A stretch of DNA of 64,000 bases from a virus, in the IMG/VR virus record IMGVR_UViG_3300031994_000005. The stretch is one strand, 5' to 3'. The notes below the pieces were generated by a model. That model was not told the origin of the DNA and ran no database searches. It saw only the letters and a program-made list of their open reading frames with translations. Both the position numbers and the translations under genes were made by a program. The first letter of the stretch is position 1, and each line of letters begins with the position of its first letter. Below, piece after piece: positions 17,215 to 27,402 of this stretch.

Positions 17215-18993
17215 TTAATTAAATAATTCCAACAAACCAAGTCCCGCTTTTTTCTTCTTACCATTATTGGGTGATGTCATTTCTGTCCTTTCACCAAGTT
17301 TCTTTGCAACCCTAAGTGTGGTGTTGCCGGTAATTGCATACGACTCCGTTACATTATTCTCTATATTATAGTTTATCTTTTCTTTTGCATTCTTTATATT
17401 GGTTCTCATCTTGACAATATCAAAAGCGCCGTTTGTTGCGCACCACTTTGTTTTTTCCTCATCTATGTAGTTTAATGTCTTCTTTGCGCGTGTTATTGCC
17501 ACATATATCAGGTTCCTCTCAGTTGTCTTCTCCCATTCCTTCTTTGCCAACTTGCTCGGCAACAGTGAAGGAAGCAGAATGTAAACGTTGTCAGCCTCAA
17601 GTCCTTTTGCCTTATGTACTGTAGACAATTGTATTGCATCGTCATGTTCCCCATTAAAGACAAGTTTGATTTTTTCCTTCAGTTCATCAACTGTTGTAAG
17701 CCCCTCAGATATTGCGGATATACCTGCTATGTTATCATAGAGATTCAGAACCGTTTGGTATGAGTATGCGTCGCTCTCGTCAAGTCCGTATGTCTTTTGA
17801 ACACGCTCAACTTCATCAAACAGCATACGATATAATTTTGGGAAAAGTCCGTCGCTTGTCAGAAAATTCTTGTCAATCATAGTACTGTTTGACCTTTCTA
17901 TAAGTTCCTCATATTGTTCCCTTATTTTCTCGTTGCCGCGTATATATGACTTCTTGTTTATCCTATTATATCTGAGATGTAATTCAACTAGTGGTGCGGT
18001 TGTACGGCATAAAACCATATCTCCGTTCTTCGGGTCATATGGTGAGACATCGTAGTTAATTTCACCATCTATTGCATTTGGGGCGGCAATTATGTTGTCT
18101 GAAAAATTTGATGCCACTTCAACTATTTTCTTCGGGCATCTGTATGATATCGGGAGTTTGTATGTCTCCACATTACCATATTTCTTAAAGTTGTCAATCG
18201 CTTCTTCTGACGCGCCGCACCACACATTTATCTTCTGATGATCATCACCGACAGCAATAAATCTTGATCCTCTGCCAAAACACTTGTCCACAATTTTCTG
18301 TTCTGAAATAGAGGTGTCTTGTGCTTCATCTATCAATATCCAATCATATATGTGTTTTCTTGTTGTGAGGTTAAGTACATTCGGCAACCATATCATATCC
18401 GTATAGTCAAAAGTATCCAAATTGTTTTTACCCCACTTTAGCACTTCTCTTGTGACACTTATCTCGTCTCTGTATGGGACAATTCCGTATTTCTTTGCAA
18501 TTTCCTCTATCTCTTTTAGTGTAAATGCGAGGTAATAGCGGCAATATTCAACAAGGCTGGTTATGTTATTGAGATATGGTATTCTATTTTTCCCGAGACT
18601 TTTCGTTTCGTGATAGTCACTTATTTCATCAATATTACCCTTGATGTGGTTTCTGTATTTGAACTCGTTTGGTTTTTGTTCGTGTTTTATTATGTTATTT
18701 TCCCTTAATATTGAATAGCCAAGTGAGTGGAATGTCATTACGTTGGCATTTTTATTCTTTTCGATTCTATCCTTAATGTTCTTTACGATGTCACGATTGA
18801 ATGCTATGAACAGAACCTTTAGATTCTCCGGTATGATATTCATACAGTTTACAATGGTGGTAGTTTTTGACGCGCCGGCGGCGGCACTTATTATCATATT
18901 GCTACTGCCATGTTTAACGTTGTCGAAAATTTTGTCTTGATATTCGGAGGCTTCAAAAACGGTATCTCCGTAGGTAATGGTATAATGTTTCAT
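17215..18993 (-). CDS. UvrD/Rep-like SF1 helicase
   Basis: A.AGASKTT, AFN, TFHSLG, DEAQD, VGD..Q.I, SYRCP, STVHKAKGLEA, YVAITRAK. Confidence 0.9.
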   Translation of the reverse strand: MKHYTITYGDTVFEASEYQDKIFDNVKHGSSNMIISAAAGASKTTTIVNCMNIIPENLKVLFIAFNRDIVKNIKDRIEKNKNANVMTFHSLGYSILRENNIIKHEQKPNEFKYRNHIKGNIDEISDYHETKSLGKNRIPYLNNITSLVEYCRYYLAFTLKEIEEIAKKYGIVPYRDEISVTREVLKWGKNNLDTFDYTDMIWLPNVLNLTTRKHIYDWILIDEAQDTSISEQKIVDKCFGRGSRFIAVGDDHQKINVWCGASEEAIDNFKKYGNVETYKLPISYRCPKKIVEVASNFSDNIIAAPNAIDGEINYDVSPYDPKNGDMVLCRTTAPLVELHLRYNRINKKSYIRGNEKIREQYEELIERSNSTMIDKNFLTSDGLFPKLYRMLFDEVERVQKTYGLDESDAYSYQTVLNLYDNIAGISAISEGLTTVDELKEKIKLVFNGEHDDAIQLSTVHKAKGLEADNVYILLPSLLPSKLAKKEWEKTTERNLIYVAITRAKKTLNYIDEEKTKWCATNGAFDIVKMRTNIKNAKEKINYNIENNVTESYAITGNTTLRVAKKLGERTEMTSPNNGKKKKAGLGLLELFN

Positions 18994-19040
18994 ATTCCAA
19001 ATATATAAAATAAAATAATTATTATAAAACATCTTACATA

Positions 19041-19310
19041 ATGACTAATGATACTTCTAAGCCAAAATATGATTTCGATTCAGACCCGAAGAACTATAAA
19101 AATTCTGAAGACGAATGGATACGAAATTTAGCGAATAACGGATTGGATGCCGGAATGACGGCGGATGAAATAGAATATTTAATAAGGAAAAGAAAGAGAG
19201 AAATGGGTGACTATTTCTCCATAAATGTGAAATACGGCGACATTTCAGGAATCAATAAGAAAGGTGATAATGACTTGACATTGAACCAGGCGTTTTGGAA
19301 CGATGTTTAA
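19041..19310 (+). CDS. Hypothetical protein
   Basis: 89-aa ORF filling the gap. Confidence 0.6.
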   Translation: MTNDTSKPKYDFDSDPKNYKNSEDEWIRNLANNGLDAGMTADEIEYLIRKRKREMGDYFSINVKYGDISGINKKGDNDLTLNQAFWNDV

Positions 19311-19375
19311 TTTTCAATTATTGTTTACTTTTTAAAAAAAATTTGTATTCTTTGTAAAGTAAACAAATAGTAAAA

Positions 19376-19957
19376 ATGGAAATAATCAATGTAAGTAATT
19401 TTAACGACGGTCCCGTAATTATTCAACCGTTGATTTTCAAGGATGAACGGGGCTATTTCTTTGAAACGTTCAATGAGTCTGAGTTTAAAGAGAAGGTGGC
19501 TGATGTCGATTTTGTCCAAGACAATGAGAGTAAATCGTCATATGGTGTATTGAGGGGATTACATTTCCAAAAACCCCCATATGCTCAGGCTAAGTTGGTG
19601 CGTGTGGTAAGCGGAGCCGTATTTGACGTTGCCGTGGATATAAGAGAGGGTTCTCCGTCTTATGGGCTGTGGTTTGGTGCATATCTTTCCGGTGACAATC
19701 ACAGACAGTTCTATATCCCAAGAGGTTTCGCACACGGTTTTGTATCTCTTTCGGACAATACGGTATTCCAATACAAGTGTGACAATCCGTATAACCGTGA
19801 GAGTGAGGGTTCCATTGCATATAACGACCCGTATATCAATATCGATTGGGGAAAGTGGCTTGATTGGCGTAACATAAAATTATCCCCGAAGGATCAAATG
19901 TCACCACAGTTAAGAGAAATCAAAAACATTTTCACCTATGATAACACTGAAGTTTAA
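19376..19957 (+). CDS. rmlC: dTDP-4-dehydrorhamnose 3,5-epimerase
   Basis: DERGYF.E, QDN.S.S..GVLRGLHFQ, VAVDIR.GSP, IP.GFAHGF, YKCD. Confidence 0.95.
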   Translation: MEIINVSNFNDGPVIIQPLIFKDERGYFFETFNESEFKEKVADVDFVQDNESKSSYGVLRGLHFQKPPYAQAKLVRVVSGAVFDVAVDIREGSPSYGLWFGAYLSGDNHRQFYIPRGFAHGFVSLSDNTVFQYKCDNPYNRESEGSIAYNDPYINIDWGKWLDWRNIKLSPKDQMSPQLREIKNIFTYDNTEV

Positions 19958-20249
19958 GTATTCGACAAACGAATACATTTATGAGATCAAATCGTATTGT
20001 GTAAACTTTTCTAAGAATGAACTCAAGGTTAAGATAAGTGAATATAATGACAATCTCTTCAAATGGATTAAAAACAACCGAGATAGGGGTGCCAAACAAT
20101 ATATAACCGACATTATTATCTCCGACAAGGGAAATGACTTCTCGGAATGTTACGCATTCGGAGAGTGTAAACTTGTGAAACTTGTTTTTGATAACAGTGA
20201 ATATGAGATAACGGTATCATACAGCACTCTTAACATCGAGACAGATTAA
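19938..20249 (+). CDS. Hypothetical protein
   Basis: 103-aa ORF overlapping the rmlC end. Confidence 0.6.
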   Translation: MITLKFKYSTNEYIYEIKSYCVNFSKNELKVKISEYNDNLFKWIKNNRDRGAKQYITDIIISDKGNDFSECYAFGECKLVKLVFDNSEYEITVSYSTLNIETD

Positions 20250-20334
20250 GTAAAAAAGTATATTGTCCGTGATATATAAGGTCATTTTTGCTGTACTTCA
20301 ACTATTTATATATGTTATTAGAAACATATTAGAT

Positions 20335-20820
20335 ATGAGTGAAGTATTAGTAGCATTGTGGGCTGTGATGCAAACACACGCGATTTGGATATTGGTATCC
20401 ATCGTTCTTGTGACATTTGCAATGTTCATGGACCTTTTAACCGGAATAAGAAAAGCCAACTCCAAGGGTGAGGCGACAACATCGAGAGGACTTAGAAAAA
20501 CGCTGACTAAAGCGTATCATTATTACATACCTATTATCTGTGGTGCAACCTTTGATCTATTGTTGGCACCACTGTCATTCTACACACTCCCATTTATGAC
20601 AATGGGCATCAGTGCATACTGTATAAGGTGTGAGGTCAAGTCCGTTATGGAAAATACAAAGGCTGACAGTACTGAAATGTCTGAAATGGCTGATTTCCTC
20701 TCAAAGGTTATTGAAAATAAGGATGACCCGGAGGGCTTACTGAAATTGATTATAAAAAAGGTAAATGAAGGTGAAAAGTCTAAAAGGAGAAGAAAGTCAA
20801 CAAAAAATGCGGATGTTTAA
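20335..20820 (+). CDS. Phage holin-family membrane protein
   Basis: TM-DLLTGIRKA...TSRGLRKT..K..Y-TM-TM-E.KSV.EN pattern; TATTTAT at 20303. Confidence 0.7.
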   Translation: MSEVLVALWAVMQTHAIWILVSIVLVTFAMFMDLLTGIRKANSKGEATTSRGLRKTLTKAYHYYIPIICGATFDLLLAPLSFYTLPFMTMGISAYCIRCEVKSVMENTKADSTEMSEMADFLSKVIENKDDPEGLLKLIIKKVNEGEKSKRRRKSTKNADV

Positions 20821-20841
20821 AACGTCCGCATTTTTTTTTTT
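20802..20841. terminator. Bidirectional terminator
   Basis: aaaaaatgcggatg/cgtccgcattttt. Confidence 0.7.
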
Positions 20842-21226
20842 ATATCATATTAACTGTTAAAAGCCCATCTTTTGTTATCTTTCTTGGGAACCAATCCTTT
20901 AAAATCTGAATAAGGAGTCTGTCCCGTATGTCCTTGTCATCATACAGGTTTTTGAATCTGTCCTGAAGCAGATAGAACAGTTGTTTGTCCGTCATATTTC
21001 TAAGAATGTTTCCATCGGTACCAATCATACCGACAATTGGCATTGATTTTGGAAAACCATCATCACCAATACCATGCATATGTCCGCGTTTGAACGATTT
21101 GTCAAGGTAATTTGCTATATATTTCACCTTCTGCGGATCAACGGGGAAATTAGCCTTAACCTTTACTTTCAGTCCCTCGTTTATTTGTTCAACTTGTTCT
21201 TCTGTTAAAAAAATTCTCTTACCCAT
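20840..21226 (-). CDS. Hypothetical protein with leader motif
   Basis: MGKRIFLTEEQVEQINEG. Confidence 0.75.
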   Translation of the reverse strand: MGKRIFLTEEQVEQINEGLKVKVKANFPVDPQKVKYIANYLDKSFKRGHMHGIGDDGFPKSMPIVGMIGTDGNILRNMTDKQLFYLLQDRFKNLYDDKDIRDRLLIQILKDWFPRKITKDGLLTVNMI

Positions 21227-21299
21227 AAGACATTTTCTTATATATAAGTACATTTTAAATGACAAAGTTATATATTTATTATAAAATAATAGATTTAGT

Positions 21300-21671
21300 A
21301 TGGCATTAAAAGAGGAAACAAAAACATTTCTGTCAACGTTAGAGGGTTATCATCAATTATGCAAGACTCTCCACTGGTCTTCAACGACAATGTCAGAACA
21401 CAAATTGTTGGATGATATGGACCACTCAATTCTTGAATACGAGGATTCTGTTGCAGAAGTTGTAATGGGAATAACTGACTCACGTTTTCAAAACGGTGAC
21501 CTTAAAACCTTGTTACCGGCTTCAAAAAACATTAAGGATATGCTTCGTGAGTTAAAGGATGATGTTGACAAATACCGTGATAAGACTGACTACAACAGCG
21601 GACTAACAAATATTCTTGATGACTTTATGTCTGACATTGATAAATGGAATTACTTGAGAACACTTTCATAA
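21300..21671 (+). CDS. Ferritin/Dps-like helical protein (DUF5856-like)
   Basis: LHW.....EH..LD......D..AE...G and C-terminal N..D....I.K..YL.TL. Confidence 0.65.
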   Translation: MALKEETKTFLSTLEGYHQLCKTLHWSSTTMSEHKLLDDMDHSILEYEDSVAEVVMGITDSRFQNGDLKTLLPASKNIKDMLRELKDDVDKYRDKTDYNSGLTNILDDFMSDIDKWNYLRTLS

Positions 21672-22535
21672 ATGAAAATACACGATTTTTATAGTGAAAA
21701 ACCAAATTTTAAAATGAACGGTGAAACATTGGACGGTTATTGTCACATATTACCAGAAGGTGCCGATGAGGACGGGAGACCATATGGCGAGAGGAAAGAT
21801 GTGAATCTATCGTCATTCAAACCCATGCCTCAATTGAATCCGAAAATATGGAAAGATGAGGATACAATAAGGTCCGATGTTAGGCTCAGGTTATTGGATA
21901 TCGCTGATGATTTCATAGATACATTGGAAGTCGATTGGTCCAAGACATACGATATCATTCTGACGGGTTCTCTTGCTAATTACAATTGGTCCGAGTATTC
22001 AGACTTTGACCTCCATATCGTTGTGGATTTCTCTGAAATAGATGACAGAACCGAGTTTGTGAAGGATTATTTCGACACCAAGAAAAACGATTGGAACAAC
22101 AAACACGATTTAATGGTAAAGGGCTATACCGTTGAAGTATATGTTCAGGACCTTAACGAGGAACACGATGCATCCGGTATTTATTCTTTAGAAAAGAACG
22201 AATGGGTTAAGAAACCTGAAAAAGACAATATCAAGGCAATAAAACTTGATAAATTTTGGATTAAGGAGAAGGCGTTAAGTTTTATGGACAAGATAGATTC
22301 CCTTGAAAGGGATATAGAAAACTCTGAAACTGATTCCGAAAAAGCGGACACACTAAGTAGAATAGAGGCGTTTACTGACAAGATAAAGAAACTCAGAGCG
22401 GACAGCCTTAAAAAATATGGTGAAATGGCGCCGGGAAATATCATATACAAAATTCTGAGAAGAACAAACTATCTGGATAAACTGTGGGACCTGAAGACAA
22501 GGGCATATGATTCAGAAATGAGTCTTCAAAATTGA
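21672..22535 (+). CDS. Pol-beta-superfamily nucleotidyltransferase
   Basis: DIILTGSLANYNWS.YSDFDLHI, VEVYVQD, GIYSL...W. Confidence 0.8.
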   Translation: MKIHDFYSEKPNFKMNGETLDGYCHILPEGADEDGRPYGERKDVNLSSFKPMPQLNPKIWKDEDTIRSDVRLRLLDIADDFIDTLEVDWSKTYDIILTGSLANYNWSEYSDFDLHIVVDFSEIDDRTEFVKDYFDTKKNDWNNKHDLMVKGYTVEVYVQDLNEEHDASGIYSLEKNEWVKKPEKDNIKAIKLDKFWIKEKALSFMDKIDSLERDIENSETDSEKADTLSRIEAFTDKIKKLRADSLKKYGEMAPGNIIYKILRRTNYLDKLWDLKTRAYDSEMSLQN

Positions 22536-22666
22536 TTTTGTAATTAATAAAAAAAAAGAAAAATATAACTTAAAAAAAGATAATAAGTTAAAATGCGGAC
22601 TTTTTCGTGTGCATTTTATATTTATTGGTATAAATAAATACAATTGTATAAAAACGAAGAAACAAT

Positions 22667-24256
22667 ATGGCAAAATTTGATGACCAATTAAGTCGTATGA
22701 GTTATCTGATGGAATACAGAATGCCATCTAACGAGGTTCCCTCAAATATCGAATACCATGCAAATGGTGCTGACGGTAAGGTTTATGGAATTCTCAAGGA
22801 AGGAACAAAGTATTACATTAAGACAACCGAAAGCGGTAAGGAAAACATCGCAGAATCCTACGACTACATCGGCGGTTTCAACAACCGTAAAGAAAATGAA
22901 TATAAGAGTTACAACGAGGCTACAAAACAACTCGAAATGAAACTTATCTCCCTCAATGAGGCTTATGGAAAACACGAGGACGTTTCAACTGTGGATTTCA
23001 ATCGCGGAGAAAAGGTTCTCTCAATGCTCACTGAGGAGGCACGCACAGAGTTGGATAGAATGAAACAGATCTTTGAAAACTCAAACACAATTGGTGCTCC
23101 TGTTATCGGTAAGGATAATGTACACGGAACAGCAACTGATCCTAAGTCTGAAGGTGCACCTTATGGTGAAGGAAGTGCAGAGGGCACGCACGAGAAGGGT
23201 ACAACAAAGACAGAGAGTGACCCTCAGAAGGCCAATGGCGACTACACTGACGTAAGCAAGAAAGTCGAAAGCCAAATGACATCAACCAAATCTCCAAGCG
23301 GTAACAGTGAAAAGGGCGGAGAAAAGGCAAAGTGTGACCTCGACGGTGTTTGCGTGGCGATAAAGGAATCAGTTGAAGAATGCGGTGTTGGTGAATGTGG
23401 TAATGTTGGTTCAATGCCAAACGATATGAGTCTGCCAAATCTTGAAGAAGGTGGGGGTGATGATGAAATCGAACTCTACAATGCGGAAGAACCAATTGCT
23501 GATAAAGATTTCAGTCTCGAAGATGATTCTCCTGTTGGATTAGAGGACGAAGAGCCAACAATAGAAGAACCAATTGCTGATGAGGAATATCCTGAAATGG
23601 ATGGATTCGATTACGAAGACGCAGACTTGGACGAACTGTTGAATGAGTATGAAAGTGTAATATCCGGTGACAAGGAAGAGTTAACTGGACCCGGTACAAG
23701 TGATCCTGACAATGCTATTGCAACTTGGAACAGAATGCCTGAGGATAAGGCTAAGGACAAGATTGATGAGGATGAAACTTCCGCAAAACCTGAAAGTGAA
23801 GAAGCACTTACCGGTGAAAAGAAGAGCGAAGGTAATCCTAACGATGCAATTGCAACTTGGCCAAGAGTTCCAGGTGACAAGGAAAAGAAGGATAATGTGA
23901 ATGAACGTATTGAGATGGCAGTTAGCAGAGAAGTTAAGCGCATATTCGAGAGTGTGAATGGAAAGAAGAAAGAAACCCTTGAGGAAATGGTTCAAAGACT
24001 TGTTAATGAAGAAGTTACAAGACTTAACGTATGGGGTAAACATCCAAGATTCAGACAAGAGCCGATGACTACTCCCGCAAACAAGGAGAAGTTCGTAGGT
24101 ACTGCTGACCGTGATTGGAACGACGACTCCGCTAAGGGTGAACAGCCTTATGGACTTAAGGTTGGCGATGGTGCACCTTTCGAACAGGTTGTTGATGTTT
24201 TGACCGACAGCGTTATGAATAAAGTTATGGAAGGTCTTACTTTAAAAAAAAAGTAA
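22667..24256 (+). CDS. Acidic putative head-core protein (upstream partner of a -1 frameshift)
   Basis: Late motif upstream; many xxE sites; internal repeats; ends in the slippery sequence TTTAAAAAAAAAGTAA. Confidence 0.85.
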   Translation: MAKFDDQLSRMSYLMEYRMPSNEVPSNIEYHANGADGKVYGILKEGTKYYIKTTESGKENIAESYDYIGGFNNRKENEYKSYNEATKQLEMKLISLNEAYGKHEDVSTVDFNRGEKVLSMLTEEARTELDRMKQIFENSNTIGAPVIGKDNVHGTATDPKSEGAPYGEGSAEGTHEKGTTKTESDPQKANGDYTDVSKKVESQMTSTKSPSGNSEKGGEKAKCDLDGVCVAIKESVEECGVGECGNVGSMPNDMSLPNLEEGGGDDEIELYNAEEPIADKDFSLEDDSPVGLEDEEPTIEEPIADEEYPEMDGFDYEDADLDELLNEYESVISGDKEELTGPGTSDPDNAIATWNRMPEDKAKDKIDEDETSAKPESEEALTGEKKSEGNPNDAIATWPRVPGDKEKKDNVNERIEMAVSREVKRIFESVNGKKKETLEEMVQRLVNEEVTRLNVWGKHPRFRQEPMTTPANKEKFVGTADRDWNDDSAKGEQPYGLKVGDGAPFEQVVDVLTDSVMNKVMEGLTLKKK

Positions 24257-24963
24257 ACGAGGGTAAGACTTGGTTACAAGTGAATAATGGAGGTTCGCCT
24301 CAATCGGACGGGTTGCCTATGGATAATGGAATGATGGGAACACCTCCGATGGGCGGGCCTAATTTTATGGATAACGGTATGGGACAAAACCCAGCCGGTG
24401 GCGACCCTAATATGATGGGTGATGATATGTCGCAAGGATTACCACCTATGGGTGGTGACGAAGGAATGGACCCGAGTCAAGATAATGGCGGAAACAATCC
24501 TTTTGATAATAATTTCGATGCGGGTGTTGAAGCCGATGAGAACGAGGATCCTGAAAACTACATCAAACAGTTAACGGGTAAACTTGCACAGAAACTTCGT
24601 TCTTTCAATAAGGAAAACGGCCAACCGGATGAATCACTTAACAAGTATGCGGCAAAAATGGTCATCAAGGCCGCTGCTGACGGTATGAGTCCTGAGGGCC
24701 GTACTGAATTGAAGAAAGCCGTTAATACCGCTAAGGGTTCCGAAGACGATGTTGAAGATATGTCATCTGATGGTTCTGATGGTGGAAATGAGGAAATGGG
24801 TATGGACGACATGGAACAGCCTCAAATTTCCGAATGCTATTTCACTAAAAAAGACCTCGCTGAAGCCTTAATCAATATGGAAAAGGAAAAAGAGGAAAAA
24901 AAGAGACCAACAGAAAAGACTAAGAAAAAGAAAGAGACGATATTTAGCGGTCCAAAAATATAA
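24241..24963 (+). CDS. Gly/Met/Pro-rich protein, probably expressed as a -1 frameshift extension of 22667..24256
   Basis: Frame open from the A9 run (KKKVNEGKTWLQVNNGG...); first candidate start is only GTG at 24280. Confidence 0.7.
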   Translation, partial: FKKKVNEGKTWLQVNNGGSPQSDGLPMDNGMMGTPPMGGPNFMDNGMGQNPAGGDPNMMGDDMSQGLPPMGGDEGMDPSQDNGGNNPFDNNFDAGVEADENEDPENYIKQLTGKLAQKLRSFNKENGQPDESLNKYAAKMVIKAAADGMSPEGRTELKKAVNTAKGSEDDVEDMSSDGSDGGNEEMGMDDMEQPQISECYFTKKDLAEALINMEKEKEEKKRPTEKTKKKKETIFSGPKI

Positions 24964-25038
24964 AATAAATGAACAAAAGCCTCCACTTGGGGGCTTTTTT
25001 CTTGTATATTATATTTATATAATATAAACGCACTTATT

Positions 25039-25734
25039 ATGAGAAGGATACATATAACAGAATCACAACTTATCGAACTTGCGAAAAAAAGAATGAATGA
25101 AGATGCACCGTTAGGGGGTACTCAAACTACACAAATTACGCAGGGGCAAACAAATAGTGCCCAGCCTCAGCAAACCACCAACGGTCAGACAAAAACGGTG
25201 TCCACACCTGAAGGGAGCATAACCACTGACAATGCAACTAAGATGACCACGGTATCGCTAAATCATGAACTGACAAATGGTGCTGCCGCCAAAACAGAGG
25301 CGAGGGGGTTATTACAAAAGAATGAAATACCGTTTGACCCCAAAAAGACAAACATTACAGATAACAGTAATGGTATACCAACGCCGGTTAGAAACAACAC
25401 AACAAATCCGGAGATGGACACAAAAAGTCTTGAACATGGATACGGTATAGGAAACAAACTGAAACCAATGGAACCGTTAACAGAAAATTTCATCACAAAG
25501 GCTGACATCAAGAAAGCAAGACTTGATAGATTGATGAGCGAGAGCGTTCCTTTCAAAAAGAGCGAGTTATTTGGTGTTGTTGCTGAGAGTGATGAAATGT
25601 ATAATTTCAAGTTCAAGGACGGAGAGACTTACAAAATGCAAGGGAACAAGGTTGATGATTTCAGGAAATATGTGTTTGAACAGGACGGCTCGTTAGAGGG
25701 AAGGGAGTATATTATCGAAAAAATAGAACATTAG
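25039..25734 (+). CDS. Hypothetical protein with leader motif
   Basis: MRRIHITESQLIELAKKRMNED; TATTTAT at 25012. Confidence 0.8.
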   Translation: MRRIHITESQLIELAKKRMNEDAPLGGTQTTQITQGQTNSAQPQQTTNGQTKTVSTPEGSITTDNATKMTTVSLNHELTNGAAAKTEARGLLQKNEIPFDPKKTNITDNSNGIPTPVRNNTTNPEMDTKSLEHGYGIGNKLKPMEPLTENFITKADIKKARLDRLMSESVPFKKSELFGVVAESDEMYNFKFKDGETYKMQGNKVDDFRKYVFEQDGSLEGREYIIEKIEH

Positions 25735-25737
25735 ACA

Positions 25738-27402
25738 ATGAAAAACATTTTCTTGACAGATAAGCAGGTGTCACTACTGAAGGAGTCATTGGAACATATA
25801 ACACCTAAGAACATTGAGGAACTTATTTCAGACGCGAGGGGAAATGGTTTCGATATGTTAGATGATCGTGCATTGAAACGTCTCTTAGAGGCTAGGTACA
25901 ATGAAATCATATCCTATTTCAGTGATGATGTAACGCAGATTCCAAATAAGGTGTTATACAACAAGTTAAACAAACTTGCCATCAGGTGTACAAAACTTGA
26001 GGAAAATATACGTCCACAATTGGAGAAGATATGTTATAATACCGTTGTGCAACTTTTCGATTTGCCGGCTGATGATTTTAAACTTACTTGTGAATTGGTT
26101 GATACGTTGGACCCGAAACATACATTCCACTATGAATCGAATGTGTCCGGCGATGAGGAATATTCAGACTATGATGAGGTGAGGAACGAGGACAATGAGA
26201 TAAAGAAGAGGAAACTGATCAATTGTTTCATTGCGGGTGGTGCCACAAGATTTGTGGATGCTTCAAGGAAATTGTATATGTCAGAACTTTTTGACCTCGA
26301 TGAGGAATTACCACATTTATACAGTAAAATGTTCAAGATTGACGCTCTTTTATTATTCAATTCAAAAGCGGTGATAAAAGATGAACATCATATGCAGAAT
26401 GGTTATTGTAAGGTAATTTTAAGAAACAATGATATGTTAAACTCAGTCGAATCTGTTGCAACTAATTTCCCATCCCTCCTTTACGAAACCGTAAGGGGTG
26501 TTTTGGAACTTTTGGCATCTCAGGGTCTGCCAAGTGATATGACAACGGCCAAGAGGGTTTTGGACAGGGCTGACATCTTAAAACTTGATCCTTCAAATAT
26601 GAGAATCGGTCCCGCTTTATGGGATATTTTATTCAATGATGTTGACTCAAAGAAGGTCCCATATATTTTCCACAATCTTGTCTCTAATATAAATTCAGAC
26701 GTGTTTGAAGATGTGGTGAATGAGTTTGCATTCGGAACAAGAAGAGGTTCTGAATTTGTTGAGAAATTAAGAAAAATGGGTGAATATGACAGTGAATATA
26801 CCAATTTCTCAAACGACCTGTTGAAAAAACAGAGTGACATATCCATAATCAACGACAGTTATTTTTTAGCGGAAGACCTTGAGCCGACTGAAAAAGAAAA
26901 CAAGATGATGGCACTGATAGATTGTGATCCATCTGAAATAAGTTTTGAGGTTGGTGATGCACAGGATGGAATGAGTGACATTTTCATTGGTGATAATCAC
27001 AGAATGGAGTATCAACTTTATCCGGTTGTTAATGGAGTTGAGTTTGGTCCTGAGGACGGCATTAATTTCAGGGCTGAAGAATTGACTATTAATGGGGAGC
27101 CGAAATATCAGTTACATATATTTGTTGCACCTGAATTAAGGAGAAACGGAATTGCAAGCAAACTGTATGAGGCATTTATCAAACAAGGTTATCCTGTTTG
27201 TTCGCTTTACAATAACAGAGTTGCCACATTCAACAGGGAGAACGGTGTTGAAAGCAAGGATGACTCAGCAATTGAGAACTTATGGAAAAAACTTGGAAAT
27301 AGGGGGATAAAGACAGATTATATAATGGGTGATGATGGAAGACCCGTTGGAATCTATACAAATTACAGGCAAGGAGAGGAAGAAAATGAATATACCGAGT
27401 AA
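25738..27402 (+). CDS. Hypothetical protein with leader-like N-terminus and C-terminal GNAT-like acetyltransferase domain
   Basis: MKNIFLTDKQVSLLKES; C-terminal HIFVAPELRRNGIASKLY matches the GNAT acetyl-CoA motif A. Confidence 0.7.
   Translation: MKNIFLTDKQVSLLKESLEHITPKNIEELISDARGNGFDMLDDRALKRLLEARYNEIISYFSDDVTQIPNKVLYNKLNKLAIRCTKLEENIRPQLEKICYNTVVQLFDLPADDFKLTCELVDTLDPKHTFHYESNVSGDEEYSDYDEVRNEDNEIKKRKLINCFIAGGATRFVDASRKLYMSELFDLDEELPHLYSKMFKIDALLLFNSKAVIKDEHHMQNGYCKVILRNNDMLNSVESVATNFPSLLYETVRGVLELLASQGLPSDMTTAKRVLDRADILKLDPSNMRIGPALWDILFNDVDSKKVPYIFHNLVSNINSDVFEDVVNEFAFGTRRGSEFVEKLRKMGEYDSEYTNFSNDLLKKQSDISIINDSYFLAEDLEPTEKENKMMALIDCDPSEISFEVGDAQDGMSDIFIGDNHRMEYQLYPVVNGVEFGPEDGINFRAEELTINGEPKYQLHIFVAPELRRNGIASKLYEAFIKQGYPVCSLYNNRVATFNRENGVESKDDSAIENLWKKLGNRGIKTDYIMGDDGRPVGIYTNYRQGEEENEYTE

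Noticed and set aside
25732..25740. In-frame TAG-ACA-ATG suggesting readthrough fusion of 25039 and 25738
   Set aside because: One-in-three chance by frame; the second ORF has its own leader-like start and there is no other sign of suppression
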